A stretch of 64,000 nucleotides of DNA. It comes from Felis catus. Lineage: Eukaryota. The DNA lies in the NCBI RefSeq assembly GCF_018350175.1, contig NC_058377.1, forward strand, positions 100,564,001 through 100,628,000. The letters run 5' to 3'. A model generated the notes under the pieces. The model was given only the letters and a program-made list of their open reading frames with translations. It made no database searches and was not told the origin of the DNA. This document shows positions 35,788 to 49,377 of the stretch, piece after piece. Each line of letters begins with the position of its first letter. The stretch's first letter is position 1. A program made the position numbers and the translations under genes.

Positions 35788-36807
35788 ATCAGGTCATATT
35801 CATTATGCTTTCAATCCTGTGTGTCCAGAGAATTTATCATTTGAGATGTTATAGAAGGCATATAAGGTTTCTTTGAGGGAGCTGGGCTGAATGATTTCTG
35901 ACATCATATGAGCCAAAGACACAAGTCACTGTAATTCCACATTGCAGTCTGCACTTTAAAGTGTCCAATTAGTTCCAGACGTAAGCACTTGGATTTGAGG
36001 AATTTAAGAGATGCCCTTCTACAGCACATCTCTGATCCTATCACTGCTAGCTCCAAATATATATATATGGAATCTTATATTCCTTGGAATAAAATCCAAA
36101 CTTCTCACTTGTTTACCATAAATCTTCCCAAGTTGGACCTGGTCTGACTTGCTAATATCAGAGGTCACAACATTGGGAGAAAGTACGATGTTACAATGAC
36201 AGGTTTTGGGTCAAGGAGAAATGGGTGACATACTGTCCCTGGGTCTTGGCAATTTGCTTTAATTATTTAAGTCGCATCTTCAAAGTGTCTATGAAATGGG
36301 GTAATATTATACCTCATGAAGGTGTAATATCATTTAGACCAACACATGTGAAGCAAGCTTTAGCCTGGCATAAGGCATAATGAAAACTCAAGTTATGCAT
36401 TTCCCTCTTTCCCTGCCTTTCCTCCTGTATGTCCCTTTGTGTGGATGCTTTCATCCGCCTACACTGGGTCCATCTATATTCTCCAAACATACTCTGAAAT
36501 CTATCAGCTCTATGGCTGTATTTCAGCTCTTCTTCTGCTCGGAATTCCCCACCCCCATGCTCGAAGGTCCATGTCTTGAGTATAATTCACATATTTAATG
36601 TTTTCTTATTCGGGAAGATTTTGCAGATCCAACAGACCAGATTTCTGCCCTGTTCTTTTGTTCCTATTCAGCAGTATGTTTTCTCCGTTTCAAATAATCC
36701 TATGTCCTATACTAGTGGCTTCTTCGTGTGGACTGCGTTTTTTTCTAGGTTGAGCAGGAAGAGTATGTGGTATATCTTTAGTTATTTATCTTCCTTTTTT
36801 CTTTGCT

Positions 36808-37000
36808 TTTTTTTTAATTTGAGAGAGAGAGAGAGAGCGTGAGATAGTGTGTGAGTAGGGGAGAGGGGCACAGGGAGAGAGAGAGACACTCTTAAGTAGG
36901 CTTCATGCTCAGCGCAAAGCCCATCACAGGACTCGATCCCATGACCTTGGTATGATCTGAGCCGAAATCCAGAGTTGAATGCTCAACCACGCAGGACCCT
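36808..37000 (-). mobile_element. CanSINE
   Basis: GA tract, gatcccatgacc body. Confidence 0.85.
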
Positions 37001-37279
37001 TTTCTTTTTTTCTAACAATAAACTTGGCACAAATTAAAATGGTAAACAAAGTAATTGAATTGAAGTAAATTCAAGGTAATATCTTTTTTTTTATTTGATT
37101 GCAAGTATTGTTCTTACATATCTAGAGCTTCTCCTTTTGTCATGAACAATCATGCATTAATAACAAAATAAATAGTATCAAAAAGCCTTAAGATTTAACG
37201 TATAGTGCCATGTACCTACTAGGGATATAACGAAATTCAGCAGACTACCAGAACTTTAAAATATTTTTACTTATTTGTT

Positions 37280-37437
37280 TTTTGTATTTTTTAAAGTTTA
37301 TTTTTTTTTTATTTTTGAGAAAGAGGGAGAGACAGAGAGAATGAGAGAAGGCAAGGGGCAGAGAGAGAAGGAATCCCAAGCTGATAGCATGGAGCCTGAT
37401 GCAGGGTTTGCGCTTAAGAGAGATACCCACGTGCCCC
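37280..37437 (-). mobile_element. CanSINE, internally deleted
   Basis: TSD aatatttttactta. Confidence 0.8.
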
Positions 37438-40400
37438 TAGAATATTTTTACTTACTTATTTTCTGCATGAAGGAGGACTTCTCTCCTAATTATTGTTTAC
37501 CTCTTTGTCCATTGAATGACATAACCCAATCTCAGCTCTGTGCTTCCATTCGTATTTGTCTGGACATCTCTCACTGCCCAGAGACTTGTCTTTTCTCAGC
37601 AGAATGATTACAATGCTTCCACACAAAGTTTGCTTGATTCAAATATTCCTACCCCAGAGCCAAAGCAAAATCCAAGAGAAATCATGAAGCTAATGGTGAT
37701 TGGCTTAGTGGCTGGCACCACTCTTTTGATACTTGACCTCTTAGAAACTTTCACAGATGTAACTAGTATTTTTTTTTTTTTTTTCCTCCCGGAGCCATGC
37801 AAGCCTCTGGAATATGATGGGAAAAGGTTCTGTCCCTTCCATAGGAAAAGAGCTTTGACAAGTTGATGGTTTAATGTAGAATCTGTCCAAAGGGGTTTTG
37901 GAATTTTTTTTTTAGTATACAAATGTCACATGCTTGTGTGTGCATACGTCTGTGCATGTGAGTGTATGATGATTGTGTCTGTGCATGTATTGTTTGGAGA
38001 TTCTTGGAGTTCTTGAGGACAGGTCAGGGAATTTCCCACCCCATCAGAAAGCATGCTATGCAACAAAACAAAACAAAAAATCTTTTACTATCATATTTTC
38101 TTCTCTTTTTCCAAAGGTCCACAAGATATCATTGGCAAAATCTGATGATATTATATAAAAATCAAAAAAACAAAACACAGCAAATTAAATTACTAATCAA
38201 CTTGTGAGGTAGACTCTATCCATCTACAAAGGAATTTATTGCTAATTTAAAAATTCATCTTTAATTAAAGGAATATCTCTAATCAGTTAGGAAACAGTTA
38301 TGTTACATGGGCTCTTTCTTTAAGCCTCAGTGTTATCAGAAAACACCAGGCTGGAAGAAGCTTGATATCTTGCAAGAGGCCTAAGAGAAAGACTGGTGGC
38401 CCATCTAGCTGCGGGTGACATAGTTTTATGTGATTTCCCATCCCAGCACTCTCTCCTAATCCTTCATTCCTTCTCAACCACATGTTTGTCTTCAGGCATC
38501 CATTGTGAGGGCTGATTTAGATACTTCTAGACTCTTCTAGTATTCTTGTCAACACCAGAGAGACTCTCATGATCATATATATATATCAAATATATCAAAG
38601 CCATCAATTTCAAATCCTTCATCCTTCACTCTGTACCCAAATCATCAACTTTTCCAGAGAATTTGAATTTTACCATAAATATTTCTTAGATGAGCTGCTG
38701 CATCTGAAAGTGTATGAAATAGCCATATTTTACTTCAAGTTCTGATATTTTTTACTATCCAATGAACCACAATCTGAATTGCAGCCACCACAATAACAAC
38801 TGGTCTAGCAGCTAAAGGTGTCAGAGGAGCATGGAAAGTCTGTGTTTGGCTTTGGGCCTTCACATTTCTGTCCAGTTCATATATTAGAGCCTCAATTATT
38901 AGAATAAGTTCTCACATGCAGGTGACTCTGAGGGGATGTGGTGTGCCAGGTGCATTGTGATGGCCAGGAACTTAAGGTATCAATTAGCAAGACCTGGGTA
39001 GGACAGGCTAACTGTGTGATTTTGAATGTAATTGACATGACATTCCTAGTTTAACTCCTGGGATATAGTAAATATCCTATAATCACCTATAATATCACCT
39101 TTAGAGGTGATGAACCGTGTGACTGGTAAGAGATTGTCTCCAGACTTTCTGAGTCTGAAGTTTCAAGTTTTTAAAACCTGTGCTCCTTGCCAGCCTATTA
39201 ACAACAGCAAAAGTTCTATTCTTAATCATTAAGTTAGTAAGTTAGTAATCATTAAGTTAGTAAAAGAAACACTGATGCTTCTTGGTTGTCTCTCCAGATG
39301 AAAGCAGGTGGCAACGTTGGTGATTTTCTCTGTGAAGGTAACTGTGGTCTTGACTGGAACTTGTTTTCTGAGGAACAAGAGGGTACCCTGACTTTATTTT
39401 TTTTCTAGAAGGGAGGAAACACCTTGGAAGCCTTTTGAGTGGTCTTCTCCATTTAATAAATATCCTCAAGGTCGGCCATTGGTCTCTTCATGCACGTGCA
39501 ACATTTTCTGTTTGGATTCTCAAGCACTGTTAGCATATTATGCTCGTCAGATGCTTTATCTACAATGTTTTACTTTCAGTAATATTATTTAGCTCTCCCC
39601 CCACCAATATTTTAAACTCTATGGTAAATTTATGAGATAACGTGTATAGTGATTTGACCATACCTTTTACACTACGTGTTTTACATAAATATATTTCTTT
39701 TTTTCCAAATGAAAAAGTTTTATTACTGTTTTAATACTGTCTTGAGAGCTCCTTCTTTGTTTCTAACTAATTCTTTGTCAAGCTGCTTCTTAGTCCTTGT
39801 GCAAATATGCTTTCCGTAAGCTCTTCCTTGAATCTATCCAAATAAGCAAGTTATACTTGAATTCACCTCTGAATCCAACTGGAGAGGTTTCAGGCAATAG
39901 TCACCAGGCATAGTAGGCACTTGAGAGTCCAGAATGCCCGCCCTGTCCAGTTTTCTGAGGTTCCTACCCCATGTGTCTCATCCAAATGGGCACATGTTGT
40001 AAGAAGTCTGGCCTCAGAGCTCTTGGCTTCTGACTCTGAAACAGCTCTATAATCTCACTTTTAATGGCAAGTATGATTTATTTTTCCATACTTGAGCTTA
40101 ATTTGGTCGTTAGCTCTTTGAAATGCATGACAAGCAAGGTCTGGTGCTTTATATGTGAGCTAGATGCTCATGCAATATATTGCTTCCAAAGACCAGGTAT
40201 GAATCCATTTCTAATGAAGTTCCATCTATATCTGACGATAACTTGGTGCTAGTCATGCAGTGTTATGGTATTTTACACAAATATCTAGAGGCGGAATTGC
40301 TGGAGAGTAGCTTATAATTTGCTTGAGTAGATATCGTCAACATCTATTTCAAAGATTTTGTACAAATTAACCCTAATTTTCAGCAATGTCCCATTCTTCA

Positions 40401-40667
40401 TATTAGTAATCTGCATTTTCTCTTTCTCTTTGTTCTTAATTGATCTTGATGGCATTTTCTGAATTTTATTCATTCTTTTAGAGAACTAACCTTCAGCAGT
40501 TTTTTGCTGTTCTCCATATGAGTTAGTTAGAATTTTAGCAATGCCAGTGATTTCTTCCCTTAGTGTATTATATCATGATTTGTATTTTGTTTGGATTTAA
40601 TTTGTTGTTAGTTTCCTGGATCTCAATTCCTGAGATATTTATAATGCTTAGTGGTTACCACACAGCT

Positions 40668-40990
40668 TTTCTTAAAGTTTTTATTCAAGTTCCAGTTAGC
40701 TAACATACGGTGTAATGTAAGTTTCTGATATACAGCCGAGTGGTTCAACATTTCCATAAAATAGCCAGTGCTCAACACAAGTGCACTCCTTGATCCCCAC
40801 CACCTATTTTCCCCGCCCCCCACCCCATCCACGTCTCCTCTGGTAACCATCAGTTTGTTCTCTATAGTTAAGAGTCTATTTCTTATTTTGCCTCTATCTC
40901 TCTCTAGAATATTACACTAAGTGAAATAAGTCAGAGAAAGACAAGTACCGTATCATTTCACTCATATGTGGAATTTAAGAAACAAAACAA
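40668..40990 (-). mobile_element. Carnivore L1 3' end with 5' inversion (twin priming)
   Basis: Minus-strand 3' UTR to about 40905, then plus-strand ctaagtgaaataagtcagagaaagac..aatttaagaaacaaaacaa. Confidence 0.8.
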
Positions 40991-41489
40991 GAAGTGCACA
41001 TAGTTGTTTTCAATAAGAGAGGTGATATCAGTACACATTCTCCAGGTTTTTTGTTTTATTTTATGTTATTTTTTGTTTTTTAAAATTTACATCCAAACAT
41101 ATTCTACAGGTTTTTAAAGGGATAATAAAAGGTACAGTGATCATAATAAGGCCAATAAGTTCAACACTTTAGATTGAAGGAAAACATTCTTGAAATGATA
41201 TAAACTACCCAGGGTCTTTAAAAAATAAAGATACATATGCTCAATAGTTCATTTGCATCTCAAAGTAGTTGAATTTATTGTATTATCTTCATACACCCAT
41301 CCAGAAAACTTTGGTGGTGAATTCTACTTAACATTAAAGAAAAATAATTCTTATTCTCCACAAACTCTTTTCATAAAAGTATTTTTCACAAAAGTAAAAC
41401 AGAATTGAATATATCTAAACTAATTCCACCTGTCCAGGATTTCTCTGATACTGCTAAATTATGATAGCTTTTCTATACATTCCTTATAA

Positions 41490-41525
41490 TTTTTTTTAAA
41501 TTTTTTAAAATGTTTATTAATTTTT

Positions 41526-41556
<31 letters not shown>

Positions 41557-41723
41557 CTTGAGTAGGGGAGGGGCAGAGAGAGAGGGAGACACAGAATCCC
41601 AAGCAGGCTCCAGGCTCTGAGGTGTCAGCACAGAGCCGGATGTGGGGCTCAAACCCACGAACCGTGAGATCACGACCTGAGCAGAAGTCAGACGCTTAAC
41701 CAACTGAGCCACCCAGGTGCTCC
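41490..41723 (-). mobile_element. CanSINE
   Basis: Full body. Confidence 0.9.
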
Positions 41724-42609
41724 GTTTCTCAGAATTTTCTATATATACAATTGTTTCATGATGAAAACTGTCAGTCTCACCGCTCTTATGCAACATGAGA
41801 GACTTTCTTTTTAATGTGAGCTTAGCCTGTTTGTGACATATAAGATCGATATATAACATCAGTTGCATGGTTTGTACCGGAAACTACCAAACAGAAATTG
41901 GATTTTTAAAATTCCTTCTCCAACAGCCTCAAATATACAATGTACCTAAGGAAGAATGTGACAAGAGAGGGGCAAGACACATACCGAAAACTAAAAACTA
42001 TGTTGAGAATATACAAAGAACTTAATAAATAGAAAGAAATATTGTGTTCATGGGCCAGACGACTCAATACCATTTAGATGTGAATTATCTCCAAATAGAT
42101 CTTTAGATTCCAGCAACCCCATATAAAATGTGAAGGGGAATGTATTCATTCTTTTTCCAAGGTGGTCTAAAATGTATATAGAAATGTAACGAAGATGAAC
42201 TCACACAACTGCAAAAAGAACAAATCTGGAGCACTTACACTATCTCATTTTGAGGTGTATTATAGAGCTACTGTGTTCAAAATGGCATGTTGTTTTCACG
42301 AAGATAGACAATCCTGTCAACTGGCTGGACCAGAGAGTCTGAGATAGACATGCACATACTGGTCAGCTAATTCTCATTGGAGGTCTGTAGGCAATTTCGT
42401 GGAGAAAACATAGTCTTCACCACAAATGGAAGTGAAGTGTTGGACATTCATATGTGCCAACAGCAACAATCCCACAAAAAACATGTATCACAGCTCGTAA
42501 AAATTTATTTCCAAATGAATCATAGACCAAGACGTAGAATGTGAATGCATAAAATACTTAGAGTAAAACATGAGGCAAGGTCTTTGTGATCTTTGCTTAG
42601 AAAAATAAT

Positions 42610-42825
42610 TTTAAAAAATTTTATGTTTATTTATTTTTGAGAGACAGAGAGGGGCAGAGTAGGAGCAGGGGAGGGACAGAGAGAGAGGGAGACACAGAAT
42701 CTGAAGCAGCTCCAGGCTCCGAGCTGTTGGCGCAGAGTCCCACATGGGGCTTGAACTCATAAACCGTGAGATCATGATCTGAGCCTAAATCGGACGCTTA
42801 ACCAACTGAGCCACCCAGGCGCCCC
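42610..42825 (-). mobile_element. CanSINE
   Basis: TSD agaaaaa(t/a)aatttt. Confidence 0.9.
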
Positions 42826-42857
42826 AGAAAAAAAATTTTTAAATATAGCATCAATAC

Positions 42858-43060
42858 AGACACCAGAGCGGTTGAGTCGATGGAGCACCAGACTCTTGAT
42901 TTTGGCTCAGGTCATGATCTAACGGTTTGTGGGTTTGAACCCCATGTCTGTCAGTGCACAGCCTGCTTGGGATTCTCTCTCCCTCCTTCTCTCTCTGCCC
43001 CTTCCTCGCTTGCACACACTGCCTCAAAATAAATATAAATAAACTTTAATAAATAAATAC
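42858..43060 (+). mobile_element. CanSINE
   Basis: gactcttgattttggctcaggtcatgatct body, CT tract, A tail. Confidence 0.85.
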
Positions 43061-43392
43061 AGAAACAAAAAAATAAAGTGTCAACAGTGTGGTCCGCATT
43101 AAATAAAGATAAAATGCACCTCATTATGATTAAAACTTTTTCAGCATGGGTGAATTTATGACCGGGGGGTGGAATTCAAGATTTGAGGATGTTAATGGAA
43201 CACCTGTATATGTCTCCAACCGGAGTCCTTGTGCATGTCTCTTAGGGGAGGGTATTAGAGATGTGACCAGCTATCTTCTCTGGGGACTGATACAGGCCAG
43301 CTTGAGTAAAGCTTGGTCAACATGGGGCTTAATGTTGGAGTGGGCGATCCGTAAGTCATCTGGCTTTGATAACCTCTGTGCTTGAGCACTAC

Positions 43393-43879
43393 ATAGGGGA
43401 TAAAAAACTTCTCCCTTCTTCCCTTTTCCATTCTCTGGCTGGTCTAACAATTAAATGGACACGAGACAAATTAACAGGAGAAAAACAAATTTTAATTTCA
43501 TATGTATGGGAACCCCAAAGAAATGAGGTCCCTGATAGGTTTATATGCTATCCTGAGCTATGGAGAAGGGAGTAGGGATTTAATGGGCCACCGATGGGGA
43601 ATTTGAACCAGGAGGCCCTGCAGAGTCCCCCTGTTTACCAAGCCCACCCCACACTCTTTGTAGTTATCTCCTTCATAGACCTTGTAGTTATCTCCTTCAT
43701 AGACTCCTTGTAGTTAGCTCTCTTCATAGACCAGACCAGACCCTCTGTCTAAATTCTCCAGGGCAGTAAGTGGGGAAGAAAAAACTCCTCTTCAATCCTT
43801 TGGGCCTGATTCTTTTCAGCTCGAAACAATCCACATGTCAAAGGGGTACGCTCTGGGACCCCTGTCCTGAAACCCTTCA
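43393..43879 (-). mobile_element. Solo ERV1 LTR (MER34/MER39-like)
   Basis: Minus strand starts TGAAGGGTTTCAGG..ccctttgacatgtggattgtttcgagctgaa; absent from the paralogous site near 8400. Confidence 0.65.
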
Positions 43880-44124
43880 GTTACAATCTTCATATCTCTC
43901 AGGATACTAAACTTCCAAGCCTGGAAGCAAGTGTTACATTTACACATATCCATTTTCTTGCTTCTGTTGCTGACTGGCTATTTGAACTAGGCATTTAACT
44001 GCTAGAATCTTCTGTGTTCTTATTTGCATAATAGAAGTAATAATACTTATGTCAAAATATGCATCAGTAGAAACATTAGATAATTTAATGAATTTAAGGT
44101 AAGTTGTACCAACCAAGGCTTTTT

Positions 44125-44346
44125 CATTTTTTGTTTTTTGGGTTTTTTTTTATGTTTATTTAATTTTGAGAGAGAGAGAGAGGGTGAGAGTGAGCTGGGG
44201 AGGGGCAGAGAGAGAGGAAGACAGAGGATCCAAAGTAGCTCTGTGCTGACAGCAGAAAGTCTGATGCGGGGCTCAAACTCATGAACTGTGAGATCATGAC
44301 CTGAGCTGAAGTCAGAGGCTTAACTGACTGAGCCATCCAGGTGCCT
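44125..44346 (-). mobile_element. CanSINE
   Basis: Full body. Confidence 0.9.
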
Positions 44347-44536
44347 GATTTTTCCTGACATTTTCAATACAAGAGAAAACTTTAGGTGTAGATTTGTATA
44401 TGGTAGAGAGGTAGAGACTAATTAAACTCAATATGGGCTGATGAAATGGAGTCTAAGCAACTACTGAATACTCAGTGACAGAAGAGAGAACTCTGGTGAA
44501 GAATGAATGCTTTGCTGTATTTGAATGCTTCCCTCC

Positions 44537-44740
44537 NNNNNNNNNNNNNNNNNNNNNNNNNNNNNNNNNNNNNNNNNNNNNNNNNNNNNNNNNNNNNNNN
44601 NNNNNNNNNNNNNNNNNNNNNNNNNNNNNNNNNNNNNNNNNNNNNNNNNNNNNNNNNNNNNNNNNNNNNNNNNNNNNNNNNNNNNNNNNNNNNNNNNNNN
44701 NNNNNNNNNNNNNNNNNNNNNNNNNNNNNNNNNNNNNNNN
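44537..44740. other. Assembly gap (204 N)
   Basis: N run. Confidence 1.
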
Positions 44741-44845
44741 CATGGGGAAAGAAATATTTCTTGTTTTATCTTTCCTTCTTTTTGCCTCCCATCATCCAAC
44801 CGTGTATTCCAACAATGTTAGTCCTGAACAAGAAATAGTTTTGCA

Positions 44846-45045
44846 GGGTGCCTGGATGGCTAAGTCAGCTAAGCATCTGAATCTTGACTTCGGCTCAGGT
44901 CATGATCTCACAGTTCATGAATTTGAGCCCTGCACTGGGCTCTATGCTAACCATTGGGAGCCTGCTTGGGATTCTCTCTCTCCCTCTCCTGCTCACTCAT
45001 GCATGTGGTCTCTGTCTCTCAAAATAAATAAACTTAAAAGAAAAA
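44846..45045 (+). mobile_element. CanSINE
   Basis: TSD aagaaatagtttt. Confidence 0.9.
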
Positions 45046-45149
45046 GAAATAGTTTTTCACCAGTTCTGATATTGCTGGTCATTGATTTTATTGATCTGTC
45101 TATTCTACTTGCATAAGATCTTGATAATGGCTCGCACTTGGACTACAAA

Positions 45150-45750
45150 TGCTTGTGTGTGATTCTCTTGGCTCTATTTCGTCTCACATTTTTCCTGGAA
45201 GCTAACCAAATACTGCTACAGGCTACCCTGGTTTCCCTCTGATTATTCAGAAAGCTGGATGAATACAGAACAGTTTCTTGAACTGCTCTATGGCCTTTTT
45301 GGGTCTCCAGAGAAATGGTGCCTGAGGCAAGTTAATGCAAAGATGGAAAAACACCCAGGAGAATCAGGGACATTACTCTGGACAGTGGTTTAGCAATACT
45401 TGGCCAGAATCTGTTTAGAAATGCCTTTGGGAATGTAATTATTTACAGCTTTCAAGGAATTATGAACTTCTGTGCTGTCACTTAGGTTTACATTCTATTT
45501 TTCCCAACGAAATTTTCTTCAGGAATAGGTATAAAATAGATGATTTTCAGGACCTAAACACTCTTGTTAGCTTTTGCAAGAATTAAAAAATACTTAAAAA
45601 GATTTTTTTTTTTTAGTGAGCTAGCATTGAGATCTGAAATCATCCTTCAAAATTCCTAGCCTGCTTTCCTGGGGCAAAGTAATACATTTCTTCATCACAG
45701 ATAGTTTCAGTAAATGTTTGAAGTCCGTTGTAAACCTGTCGAAGGTTTAA
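45150..45750 (+). promoter_or_regulatory. Candidate OR promoter of paralogue 3 (O/E-like sites)
   Basis: cacccaggaga, aaatgcctttgggaat, ctgctttcctgggg; homologous to 9100-9700. Confidence 0.35.
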
Positions 45751-46324
45751 GTCATATTGAGATTTCCAAAATATTTGCAAAGAATTAATCTGGATGTATT
45801 GAAATTACTGACTTATCATTCTCTTCATTTTATTCCAGATTTTGATACTAGGGATGATTTGGCAGATGGAGTATCTGGGGGTGGAATTCTTCCTAATGTA
45901 GCCTAAAACCAACCTGACAGCCACTCAGATCCGATGGTTAGGGAGTTACCCATGTCATGTGGGTTTGCTAGGGTCCCGCCAACCATGTGCTTAACTATTT
46001 ATATGCTCGTATTCCATAAATTTCATTTTAAAGACTGTAACTTCTTTCGCAGTGTGTGATAATTTGGTTACGATAAAAATGGTTTAGCATACGTTAGTTT
46101 TAGTTATGCATTATTTATAAGCAAAGTTCTAGTTAAGGAAAATTAAAACATTTTCAAGTTGGCAGTGAATTTCCTTGTGCCCCATTCTTGGGCTTGTCTA
46201 CAATCCTCCATATTGCGGTTAAGATACAGCCTTGCTTATGCTTGAATATCTACAATAATGAAGAATTTCCTGTATTTCAAAACACTTGCCATCCTAGAAT
46301 AGACTAGTTTCGTCCGAGTCAACG

Positions 46325-46333
46325 AAGGTAAGT
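46325..46333 (+). promoter_or_regulatory. Putative 5' UTR exon splice donor (aag|GTAAGT), OR4P paralogue 3
   Basis: Consensus donor, homologous to 10783-10788. Confidence 0.6.
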
Positions 46334-46367
46334 TCATGCTACATTCTGTTACACTAAGAGAAAATAT

Positions 46368-46445
46368 GAACTCAAGCCAGGAACTGTGCGATCATGACCT
46401 GAGCCGAAGTCAGACGCTTAATGGACTGAGTCACCCAGATGCCCC
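46368..46445 (-). mobile_element. CanSINE 5' remnant
   Basis: Only about 80 bp of the tRNA head remains. Confidence 0.8.
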
Positions 46446-48361
46446 TAACTATACTTTTATAGTGTAAAAAAATCAGGCTAAGGATTGGGGTTAAACATTC
46501 CCTAAGAGGACCAATCTGCCATTAAACTAACCTAAATGTTTTCCCTAGCAGATTGTTGAAATTGAGGTTTACCTCATCAGTTATTAAATCCGTGTTATGA
46601 TTTTTTTTTTAATTTTCCCACTGGTCTTGGTTGCATATGTGTGCCTGACACTTTCTGTGGTTCTAAACTAATAACTCAGAGAAGGAAGTTTGTAAAAGAA
46701 AGATGAATGTTTTGAACCACGCGTGTCATGGGCTATTTTGTATTGCCTCATTTATTCCTCATTAAAATTCTGAATTATGTCGTGATATCTTAATTGTAAA
46801 ATGAGTAAGATGAAGTTTAAAGAGATGAAGTGATTCTCTCAAGGATCCCCCTGGTCAGTTTATTGAAGGTGCCTCAATGTTTCCACCTCTTTCTCTGTAG
46901 TTACTGATCTAACCGTTTGTACAATGGTTGGCTGAAGTTCTTTATTCATCAACTGCAACTTTAGTTTTTACATAAGAAGGGTGCTTAATATCTCTGTGAT
47001 CAAAATGTTTTTATGACAATAACGCTCCTCTCCTGACGTTTCCCTTTTACATATTCTCACCGCAGCAACCATGTCTAATGTTGCATGAGATTACAGGATG
47101 AGATACATATTAAGAACTATTGTGGATTAAATGCCAATGATGATTTAGAAACAAAGAAGAATCCTGATTTAAGCAATTTACATGTTGGTAAAACTGAATG
47201 GAAATTGTTTCAAAATGATTAAAAATGAGAGAATTCCAAAAACATGTATATTAAATAGTCCACATATCTTTATTTACATAAATACTCAGAAAGACAGACT
47301 GGCTGTCTGTTAACCCATCGTGCATATTCTTTTCTACTCAGATAAAGATTCAAAATGGTCTTTTCACTGCTGCCCTTTATGACATCCATCACGTCCCTCT
47401 CAGTTGTCCCCATGAAATTAGCCCCAGATTGAGGGAGAATCAGGATTTCTGTCTGCCCACATCTCCAGTGTATTACTTTCACATCCTGAGAAATGCTTAG
47501 ATTCTCTTGATCTGAGTCTTTTCTATATAAATTCAGAGATTTGGATTGGTCAGGTGAATTCTGCCTTTAAACTGTTTGCAGTCTTGTTGTATAATAATTA
47601 TTTTTAAATCAAATCATTTCAGGTAAATAAATGTATATGAAAAATTCACATTGTTTCAACTTTAGTATCAAAGAATCAACATCAGTTGCCATGAGTAGAT
47701 ATAGGTCAATGAACTCTACCTTCCTAAAACTTGTCAATGCTCTTTAGGAAAGGTGAACTGCTGAATACTTTGTAACTGATAATTATTTTCAAAAAAAGTA
47801 GGAAAAAACTAAAAATTACTCTTTTGTGAAGTTAGAGTTTTGAATAACAATTTAAAACAGAATTGTTGTCTTACAGTAAGGACCATTTCCTAAATGTCTC
47901 TTTCTTAAAAAGAATATATATCTATATCATCTGTATCTAAAGCTATATCTGTAGAGATATACTGCACATATATGTGTATATATGTATGTGTATATATAAT
48001 AGTCTCCAAAACTATAAAATGCATAGACACTGATTTTGAGAATCCCTAGAGTTGATGGTTTCTATGTAACTTTGCTACAAAAGCATTCTCTTGTTTTGTT
48101 TTGTTTTAAATAGACACTTGATGGCTCAGATATGACTGTCATATCAGGTCTGGAGAAATGTAGAAAGTGCACTAGCTGTCCAAACCCACTGGGGACAGAG
48201 AATTCCTCATCAATGAGGAAGATAACTCCTGGAAGTCCATTCTCTCTCAGTTCTTGACTAATTTTGTATTGATTAAATAATGTCTTAAAATTATGTATCA
48301 GATACAAAAGATTCAAATACGAGAGCCATGATGTGTGCACCATTCAAATGTACTTGGGCAA

Positions 48362-48390
48362 CTTATTTTATTTATTTATTTATTTATTTC

Positions 48391-48432
<42 letters not shown>

Positions 48433-48574
48433 AAGGGAGAGAGGCAGAGGGAGAAAGAGAGAATCTTAGCAGGCTCCACACTCAGCACAGAGCCCGATGC
48501 AAGGCTCGATCCCACAACCCTAGGGTCATGACATGAGTCCAAAGGACACTCAACTGAGCCACCCAGGCACCCCC
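48362..48574 (-). mobile_element. CanSINE
   Basis: TSD ttgggcaa(c/t)tta; long GA tract. Confidence 0.9.
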
Positions 48575-49377
48575 AAAATTGGGCAATTTAATGATTTTTA
48601 TCCGATCTTTAATGTTTGTTATCACAAACAGTATTTGTATCTTTAAAATTGTCTTTAACATATGAAATGTAAATAGAAAAAGGAATGAAATTGCTAAATA
48701 TTTTCCACAATTTTCAGCCATTAGTTGACATTTTTGTTTTCTTGTATACTTTTTCACTGTTCTTTGCTTGCTAAAAAAACAGCAATTCCATTGGTTTAGT
48801 ATGACCCATTGGCAATGTTTGGTCACATAGCAAAAAAAGAGTGTGCTTTAAACAAATTAAGTTTAGCAATTTGGTCTGGTATATTGGCATTTCCTGAGGA
48901 TTCAGTGCCAGATAAGTCAGGGAATTTGACCAAAAAATGATAAAAATAGGAAAGTGGACCTCAGTTATAAGCACACACATTTAAAATACATGCAACAAAG
49001 CATTTTTTGACTTAAGCTCATTTTTAAAACTCTTCTTTGCTACATAATAATGTAATTAACAATGATAAATAGTTTTTAATTTGTAAAATATTTAAATATT
49101 TAAAAATAATTACCAGTAAGATTGAGAAAAATACATCATTATTCCCATTATCCCCATTATAGAATTATTCTGCAATACTTCTATAGACTAAAAGACTTAA
49201 TGAAAATAAGACAGCTTAATTTAATAAATTGAGAATAATTAATATTAATATTATATTCATGTCAAGCTACTTAGTAAATTTTATATCATTGTGTTCATAC
49301 TGTGTCCAACAAATTTATGTTTTCTTTCCTTCAGATACCTAATTCATTTCAGTGTCACATACAGCAAACTCAAGTAC

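Larger units (their letters stand above)
41800..43140 (+). mobile_element. Old L1M ORF2 fragment (SINE-interrupted)
   Basis: tgttcatgggccagacgactcaata..ggagcacttacactatctcatttt..gagaaaacatagtcttcaccacaaatgg. Confidence 0.6.

Noticed and set aside
38027-38036. Perfect NF-kB site GGGAATTTCC
   Set aside because: A single 10-mer with no supporting context.
39222-39262. Local tandem duplication taatcattaagttagtaa (similar one at 10958-10990)
   Set aside because: Ordinary slippage duplications with no sign of function.
43657-43731. Short direct repeats resembling a CRISPR-like array
   Set aside because: No spacers, mammalian DNA, located inside an LTR.
44453-45116. Long ORFs containing X runs (also 11415-11783)
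   Set aside because: Artefacts of N gaps.
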